This document shows positions 58,754 to 64,000 of a stretch of 64,000 nucleotides of DNA, in pieces. The stretch spans positions 61 to 64,060 of the forward strand of contig JAHEAU010000001.1 in NCBI GenBank assembly GCA_024642625.1. Direction: 5' to 3'. This DNA is from Lewinellaceae bacterium. Its GTDB lineage: Bacteria; Bacteroidota; Bacteroidia; Chitinophagales; Saprospiraceae. The translations under genes were made by a program, and so were the position numbers. The first letter of the stretch is position 1. Each line of letters opens with the position of its first letter. Below the pieces are notes generated by a model. The model searched no databases, was not told the DNA's origin, and was given only the letters and a program-made list of their open reading frames with translations.

Positions 58754-59529
58754 AAACCATCAATCTGATCGGAACCGGACATGTTGCTTGGAATCTCGCA
58801 CAAGCATTTCAGCTGAATGGCGTCCATTTGGGTCTTGTTTGGTCCAGGACATTTGATCATGCTTTGGCATTCGCCGGTGAGTTTAATGCAACTCCTGCAA
58901 AATTTCTTCAGGAATTGTCATCTTCTGACGGACTTACTCTAATCTGTGTGCCTGATCATGCGATTATGGAAGTCATCGAGTTGGGTGAGGATGCAGGTTT
59001 ATCCAGTATAGTGATCTGTCATACTTCCGGGGCCACATCACTGGACGTATTTCCTTCTCATTGGCGGCATGCGAGTGTATTTTATCCATTGCAGACTCTG
59101 ACCAAGGGCCATGCACGTGACTTTTCGGACATTCCCATCCTCCTGTCCTCTCGTAATGTGTCCGATCAGGAGCTTTTGGTTGCATATGGACAATCTCTTA
59201 GCAAAACAGTATCAATCGTTGAGGATCAAGAACGGCAAAGACTCCACATGGCGGCCGTGATGGTCAATAATTTTGTTTACCATCTGGTAGATAAGGCCTT
59301 TGGCGAGATAGAACGCCATGGTTTGAATCCAGGGTATCTGCATCCATTGCTGGAAGAAACAGTGCGGAAGGTTATTGAACACCGAGGTGAACGGGTGCAG
59401 ACTGGACCAGCTATTCGAGGTGACAAGAACAGTATCCTCACTCATCTTCATTTGTTGGCGAACAATCCTGCTTTGGCTGGATTATATCGACGTCTTTCCC
59501 TCTCTATCAATCCTGAATTAGATATCTGA
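58738..59529 (+). CDS. Rossmann-fold protein, DUF2520-like
   Basis: 263 aa with the N-terminal dinucleotide-binding pattern INLIGTGHVAWNL. It overlaps the ccmF 3' end by 16 nt. Confidence 0.65.
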   Translation: MVIRLKTINLIGTGHVAWNLAQAFQLNGVHLGLVWSRTFDHALAFAGEFNATPAKFLQELSSSDGLTLICVPDHAIMEVIELGEDAGLSSIVICHTSGATSLDVFPSHWRHASVFYPLQTLTKGHARDFSDIPILLSSRNVSDQELLVAYGQSLSKTVSIVEDQERQRLHMAAVMVNNFVYHLVDKAFGEIERHGLNPGYLHPLLEETVRKVIEHRGERVQTGPAIRGDKNSILTHLHLLANNPALAGLYRRLSLSINPELDI

Positions 59530-59532
59530 ACC

Positions 59533-59790
59533 ATGCGAGTTGTTGGCGAAATACCTCATCCTGTATACAAGATTACATTGTTCCTCTACCAGGATCGCTG
59601 GACGATACAGATTGCAAACGGACCTTATCAATTTCGGACCAGTATGATGCAAGTGGCTGGACTGGAATCCATTGAAGAGATTCATCAATTCATCAATGAA
59701 CCATTTCTTCTTCAAGCACGCGACCTTTTTGCTCAGATCCACCAGATGACGCAGGGCCGAGTTACAGAAATAATTGCGATTCCGGATTAA
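59533..59790 (+). CDS. small hypothetical protein
   Basis: 85-aa ORF starting 3 nt after the preceding stop. I recognise no motif. Confidence 0.4.
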   Translation: MRVVGEIPHPVYKITLFLYQDRWTIQIANGPYQFRTSMMQVAGLESIEEIHQFINEPFLLQARDLFAQIHQMTQGRVTEIIAIPD

Positions 59791-59810
59791 GGTCAATCCA
59801 TTGCACAAAG

Positions 59811-60455
59811 CTAAGGAAGCTGATTGGTGGCTTGTTCATCAAGCCAATTGCGGATATATCGGCGAATAACATCCAAGCCGACATCAAATTGACGGTTATT
59901 ATTAATGATCACATCGCAATCATCGATATAGGGTTTGATGTACTTTTCAAAGGTTGGCAATACGTGATGTTGGTATCGATAAAGTACATCATCCAAAGGG
60001 TAATTTCGCTCTACCTGATCGCGTCGGATGCGTCGAATGACTTTTAAATTTTCTTTCGCATGAAGGAAAATACTGAGATCAAGGAGCTTTCTAATTTTGG
60101 TAAAATGAAAGACAAACAAGCCCTCTACAATAACTACGGGGGCTGGATAAAAGGTCAGTGTTTGTGGAACTTGCAGATCATTATTGAATGTATATTCCGT
60201 TCGTTGAACGATTTCTCCATTCAGGAGCCTCACGATATCTCGATGAAATGCTTTTTTATCAATTGATTTTGGGCGATCAAAGTTGGCAACTCCTTCTCGA
60301 TCGGTAAGTTGTTCATTCCTTGGAAAGTAATAGTCATCTTGAGAAATAATGCATACTTCCTTGGTTGAACATGTCTTTTTCAACTCCTGAATAAAGGATG
60401 TCTTGCCAGAGCCGCTACCTCCGGTGATTCCGATCAAAAGGTGCCTGTTTTCCAC
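59811..60455 (-). CDS. udk: uridine kinase
   Basis: P-loop IGITGGSGSGKTS, 214 aa, typical Udk layout. Confidence 0.9.
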   Translation of the reverse strand: MENRHLLIGITGGSGSGKTSFIQELKKTCSTKEVCIISQDDYYFPRNEQLTDREGVANFDRPKSIDKKAFHRDIVRLLNGEIVQRTEYTFNNDLQVPQTLTFYPAPVVIVEGLFVFHFTKIRKLLDLSIFLHAKENLKVIRRIRRDQVERNYPLDDVLYRYQHHVLPTFEKYIKPYIDDCDVIINNNRQFDVGLDVIRRYIRNWLDEQATNQLP

Positions 60456-60600
60456 GGGTGCGAAGGTACTCTCTTTTCCATTTTCAACAGAACTCTATTC
60501 CACGGAGACAGCTCGTACAAATAGAAGTGTAAAAGATTAGATGGAATGGTCTATTTTGGAGGTCGGAAAAGAATACAGACAGATTCACAAGGCAGAGCAT

Positions 60601-61905
60601 ATGGAATGGTTGATCGATTTTGGACGTGGAATGTTAGGTTTGATCATTTTAATTGGTATTGCCTTTTTATTGAGTCGTGATCGACGAGCCATCAACTGGC
60701 GTCTAGTGATGATGGGTATTCTTCTTCAGGTTTTGGTCGCTATTGCCATACTGAAGGTGCCATTTGTCAATACAATGTTTGATTATGTAGCCAATTTTTT
60801 TCAGGCAGTATTGACGTTCAGTTCAGCTGGAGCAAAATTTCTGTTTGGCAATATGATTTCGGACATCAATACATTCGGATATATTTTTGCCTTCCAGGTA
60901 TTGCCTACGATTGTTTTCTTTTCAGCCTTGTCAGCGATTCTCTATTATTTCGGAATTCTGCAAAAGATCATTTACGGGATGGCCTGGGTGATGAAACGGA
61001 CAATGCACCTTTCCGGATCAGAAAGTCTTGCTGCTGCAGCGAACGTCTTTATTGGGCAGACTGAAGCGCCATTGGTTATAAAACCCTTTCTCGAAGGCAT
61101 GAGCCGCTCGGAATTACTTTGTTTAATGACTGGTGGGATGGCCACTATAGCAGGTGGGGTATTCGCAGCTTATATTGGATTTTTAGGTGGTGATGATCCG
61201 GTCATGCAACAATATTTTGCCAAACATTTGTTGACCGCATCGATTATGTCTGCTCCTGCGGCCGTGGTTGCAGCAAAAATGCTCTTTCCAGAAGCCAGGG
61301 AAAAGGCATTGGAGGAGCAGATGCAAATGTCTGGTGACGTCGGAAACAATCTCCTGGATGCGATATCTAGGGGTACAACAGACGGTTTGAAGTTGGCAAT
61401 CAATGTAGGCGCAATGCTGTTGGTCTTTACTGCATTGATCTATATGGCAAATGAGATTCTTGCCGGTTCTATTGGCGAGTGGACAGGATGGAATGAGCGG
61501 ATTCGACTAGCTACCAATGGTCGATTTGAAGGTTTTACGTTTACCTATCTCCTCGGGTTACTTTTTGCGCCGATTGCCTGGGTACTAGGTACTCCCAACC
61601 AGGATATTCTCGTGATTGGTCAATTGCTGGGACAAAAGACCGTTTTGAATGAGTTCTTTGCCTATGCAGAGTTGAAAAGCTTGCGGGATGCAGGTGTCGT
61701 CCTGGCACCTAAATCCTTGATTATCGCCACATATGCATTGTGTGGCTTTTCAAATTTCGCCTCCATCGGAATACAAATTGGAGGAATTGGTGTGCTTGCT
61801 CCAGGACAACGACAGGCCCTCACAGAGTTAGGATTCCTTGCATTAATCGGAGGTACAATTGCCTGTTTTATGACAGCTTGTGTGGCCGGCTTCCTTGTTC
61901 TTTGA
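60601..61905 (+). CDS. nupC: NupC/CNT-family nucleoside transporter
   Basis: Polytopic membrane protein with ALCGFSNFASIGIQIGG and FIGQTEAPL segments typical of concentrative nucleoside transporters. The start is uncertain (ATGs at 60541, 60601 and 60631). Confidence 0.85.
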   Translation: MEWLIDFGRGMLGLIILIGIAFLLSRDRRAINWRLVMMGILLQVLVAIAILKVPFVNTMFDYVANFFQAVLTFSSAGAKFLFGNMISDINTFGYIFAFQVLPTIVFFSALSAILYYFGILQKIIYGMAWVMKRTMHLSGSESLAAAANVFIGQTEAPLVIKPFLEGMSRSELLCLMTGGMATIAGGVFAAYIGFLGGDDPVMQQYFAKHLLTASIMSAPAAVVAAKMLFPEAREKALEEQMQMSGDVGNNLLDAISRGTTDGLKLAINVGAMLLVFTALIYMANEILAGSIGEWTGWNERIRLATNGRFEGFTFTYLLGLLFAPIAWVLGTPNQDILVIGQLLGQKTVLNEFFAYAELKSLRDAGVVLAPKSLIIATYALCGFSNFASIGIQIGGIGVLAPGQRQALTELGFLALIGGTIACFMTACVAGFLVL

Positions 61906-62434
61906 ACAGGTAGCGAATTCGTTCTATCTGTCGATTATGATGTTGGATATGCCAGGTGAAAAACTGGAACATACCATCCAGATCCAAACGGCCGGCGATG
62001 GGATGACGATAGACCAATCCTGTTCTTGCCTGAGCAGGCAGATTTGCAAGAAAGTTCAATAGTTCTTTCTGGTTGGCTTTGAGACCATCCAAAGTTGACT
62101 CAAAATGTTCATTCGGAAATTGGTTGTCCGACACAATACCCGGGGCCTTGAATTTAAACGGACTAGCAAGGTAGAGATACAACAGGGCTTTTCGAATCGG
62201 ATAACTGAAGTCTTTTTGAGGTATAGTTGATGGATCCAATGTCTTTTTCCTCAAGTACTGCAGGGACAAATTCTCTGATAATGCCAAATGTTGAATGACC
62301 TGCTGAACCGACCAAGATCCTTGATCCGGTGATTGGATGATAGATTCAGGTGTAAAATGTTGAACTTGGGCCATCAATTCATCCCAGGTTTGGAGCCAAT
62401 GCCGAATAATACGGTTGTCTTTTTGAGAAGTCAT
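61868..62434 (-). CDS. DinB-family protein
   Basis: Four-helix-bundle pattern with conserved His (VIQHLALSE, WHIQHHNRQIE). I set the start at the internal Met (MTSQKD); the frame is open to 62473. Confidence 0.7.
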   Translation of the reverse strand: MTSQKDNRIIRHWLQTWDELMAQVQHFTPESIIQSPDQGSWSVQQVIQHLALSENLSLQYLRKKTLDPSTIPQKDFSYPIRKALLYLYLASPFKFKAPGIVSDNQFPNEHFESTLDGLKANQKELLNFLANLPAQARTGLVYRHPIAGRLDLDGMFQFFTWHIQHHNRQIERIRYLFKEQGSRPHKLS

Positions 62435-62520
62435 CAGATGAATATTATGAAAAAGCAGTGTGATTTCAACCAAGTCGTCAGTTGATGAGTTAAGTAGCTG
62501 AAATAGGAAATAACAAACAT

Positions 62521-63504
62521 ATGCAATATCGATATCTTGGAAAATCTGGTCTTCAAGTCAGTGCCCTTTCATTGGGAAGCTGGTTAACTTTTGGCAAGCA
62601 GATCGAGGATAATACAGCCGAACGATTAATGGCCTTGGCTTACGATCGTGGAGTCAATTTCTTTGACAATGCAGAGATATATGCCCGGGGTCAATCTGAG
62701 GTTGTCATGGGTCAGATACTCAAAAAGATGAATTGGGATCGGTCTTCCTATGTCGTTTCATCTAAAGTCTTCTTTGGCGATGGTGGAAGTTTGCCCAATC
62801 AAACGGGCTTGAATCGGAAGCACGTCCTTGAGGCATGTCACGCTGCATTGCGTCGTCTTCAGGTCGACTACCTGGATTTGTACTTCTGTCATCGGCCAGA
62901 TAAACATACTCCGATAGAAGAAACTGTTCGGGCAATGAATCACCTCCTTGATCAAGGTAAGATTTTGTATTGGGGCACTTCAGAGTGGTCTGCGCAAGAG
63001 ATCATGGAGGCGCATATGGTTGCTCAACAACATCATTTGATTGGCCCAACGATGGAACAGCCACAATACAACTTGTTTCATCGGGAAAAGGTGGAAAATG
63101 AATACAGCCAAATCTATAAAACGCTTGGATTGGGCACGACCATATGGTCGCCTTTGGGAAGTGGTGTTTTGAGCGGAAAATACCTGGATCAGTTTCCAGA
63201 AGGAACCAGGTTGGGAATGGAAGGCCTTGAATGGTTGAAGGAAAGAAGTATGGATGAAGAAAAACTTGCCAAGGTTCGCGCATTGAAGGGCTTGGCGGAT
63301 GAGTTGGGAGTTTCACTTCCTCGTTTGGCAATTGCCTGGTGCCTGAAGAACCCAAATGTTTCAACAGTTATCCTCGGTGCAAGCCGCCCCGAACAGTTGG
63401 ATGAAACGCTGACATCCTTTGAGGTGGTCGGTTCGTTGACGCCCGAGGTGATCGAGCGAATAGAAAGCATCGTTGAGAATAAACCTGTTCCCCCAGCATT
63501 TTAG
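62521..63504 (+). CDS. aldo/keto reductase (Kv-beta-subunit-like)
   Basis: 327 aa with the N-terminal MQYRYLGKSGLQVSALSLGSW and the segments FFDNAEIYARGQSE and DLYFCHRPD. Confidence 0.88.
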   Translation: MQYRYLGKSGLQVSALSLGSWLTFGKQIEDNTAERLMALAYDRGVNFFDNAEIYARGQSEVVMGQILKKMNWDRSSYVVSSKVFFGDGGSLPNQTGLNRKHVLEACHAALRRLQVDYLDLYFCHRPDKHTPIEETVRAMNHLLDQGKILYWGTSEWSAQEIMEAHMVAQQHHLIGPTMEQPQYNLFHREKVENEYSQIYKTLGLGTTIWSPLGSGVLSGKYLDQFPEGTRLGMEGLEWLKERSMDEEKLAKVRALKGLADELGVSLPRLAIAWCLKNPNVSTVILGASRPEQLDETLTSFEVVGSLTPEVIERIESIVENKPVPPAF

Positions 63505-63751
63505 GTGAGTATGTTGTATTCGAGGAAGTTCTAAGCACTCTTATTACTCAGATAAGAGAGAAAAGCTATTACCTGAACAATTGCAGTATGGCCAAGGCTA
63601 ATCGATGGTTTTAGATCTGTAATTGAAGCGTCTTCACAAATTCCGTTAGCAAATGAAAAACCCACCATGCCATCCGAATAATGGAGTCTCCAAAACTTAA
63701 GGAAAGTATTGGATGGACAGTTCGATTCAGGAGCAATCGAAATATGTCGAA

Positions 63752-63786
63752 TAAAAAAAGGCGCTGTTTAACAGCGCCTTTTTTAG
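63752..63786. terminator. bidirectional rho-independent terminator
   Basis: Stem GGCGCTG / CAGCGCC (63760-63766 with 63772-63778) and a 5-nt loop. A7 lies upstream and T-rich sequence downstream. It sits 3 nt past the ilvE-like stop. Confidence 0.75.
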
Positions 63787-63788
63787 TT

Positions 63789-64000
63789 TCAAACTAACTC
63801 ATGTTGTTTGATCGGAACAATCCATCCATGTCGATCTTGTAATCGTCCGGAACGGATGCCATTGATTTCTTTTTTAACCATTTCACCGACATGACGTTCC
63901 TCGAGAGGTGGCAGGTCCATGATGAGATCTCCATATTTGATTCGGGATACATGGGCAACGACAGCTGCGGTGCCTGCGCCGAAGGCTTCCTGTAGTTTAC
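63789..64000 (-). CDS. ilvE: branched-chain amino acid aminotransferase, C-terminal fragment (runs off the window end)
   Basis: The minus-strand translation is KLQEAFGAGTAAVVAHVSRIKYGDLIMDLPPLEERHVGEMVKKEINGIRSGRLQDRHGWIVPIKQHELV, ending at a stop. The EAFG(T/A)GTAAV motif is typical of class IV BCAT. Confidence 0.75.
   Translation of the reverse strand, partial: KLQEAFGAGTAAVVAHVSRIKYGDLIMDLPPLEERHVGEMVKKEINGIRSGRLQDRHGWIVPIKQHELV

Noticed and set aside
1-64000. I searched for mobile elements, integrases, transposases, tRNA and rRNA genes, CRISPR arrays, toxin-antitoxin pairs and known defence-system hallmarks such as nucleases, helicases, reverse transcriptases or methyltransferase-restriction pairs. 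I also looked for biosynthetic gene clusters.
   Set aside because: None was found by reading the ORF translations and intergenic regions. The only methyltransferases are housekeeping (TrmH-family, PrmC). The window looks like core genome, so I make no claim of a defence or mobile system.

Overview
The window reads as a chromosomal core region of a Bacteroidota genome, possibly Saprospiria- or Cytophagia-like. The phylum call is an inference from four observations: several secreted proteins end in T9SS-type C-terminal sorting domains, SprB repeats are present, start codons lack Shine-Dalgarno sequences, and TAnnTTTG boxes recur just upstream of starts. About 55 tightly packed protein-coding genes lie on both strands, and most are housekeeping.

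Recognised genes by function:
- CoA synthesis: coaD, coaE.
- Proline catabolism: pruA.
- Chromosome, cell division and translation-related: smc, ftsE, nusB, prmC, a SUI1/YciH factor.
- tRNA methylation: a TrmH-family methyltransferase.
- Nucleotide metabolism: guaA, purK, purE, pyrC, udk, a NupC transporter, a PyrR-like phosphoribosyltransferase.
- Other: photolyase, an HtrA protease, and a polyamine cluster (agmatinase, carboxy(nor)spermidine dehydrogenase and decarboxylase).

I found no rRNA, tRNA, CRISPR array, transposase, integrase, prophage or recognisable defence gene, so I see no clear-cut accessory island or obvious novel system.

The items most worth a second look are all moderate interest:
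- A membrane Fe-S / CCG-domain (HdrD- or DsrMK-like) gene pair with a conserved unknown third gene (29359-32050).
- A variant System I cytochrome c maturation pair. CcmE carries CxxxY instead of HxxxY, and CcmF is ~300 aa longer than usual. Both are coupled to a DUF2520 gene and a small ORF (55511-59790).
- Two translationally coupled secreted CotH-kinase paralogs, preceded by a single-domain asparaginase-like gene and a YkuK/DUF458-like gene (50249-54592).
- A DoxX/MauE-like membrane protein overlapping a DUF1599 gene (16924-18983).
- An HscA-type Hsp70 with no ISC partners in the window, overlapping a lipid-kinase gene (36861-39607).
- Unusual domain combinations in the large T9SS cargo proteins.

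All functional calls come from motif and family recognition by eye. No database search was run.
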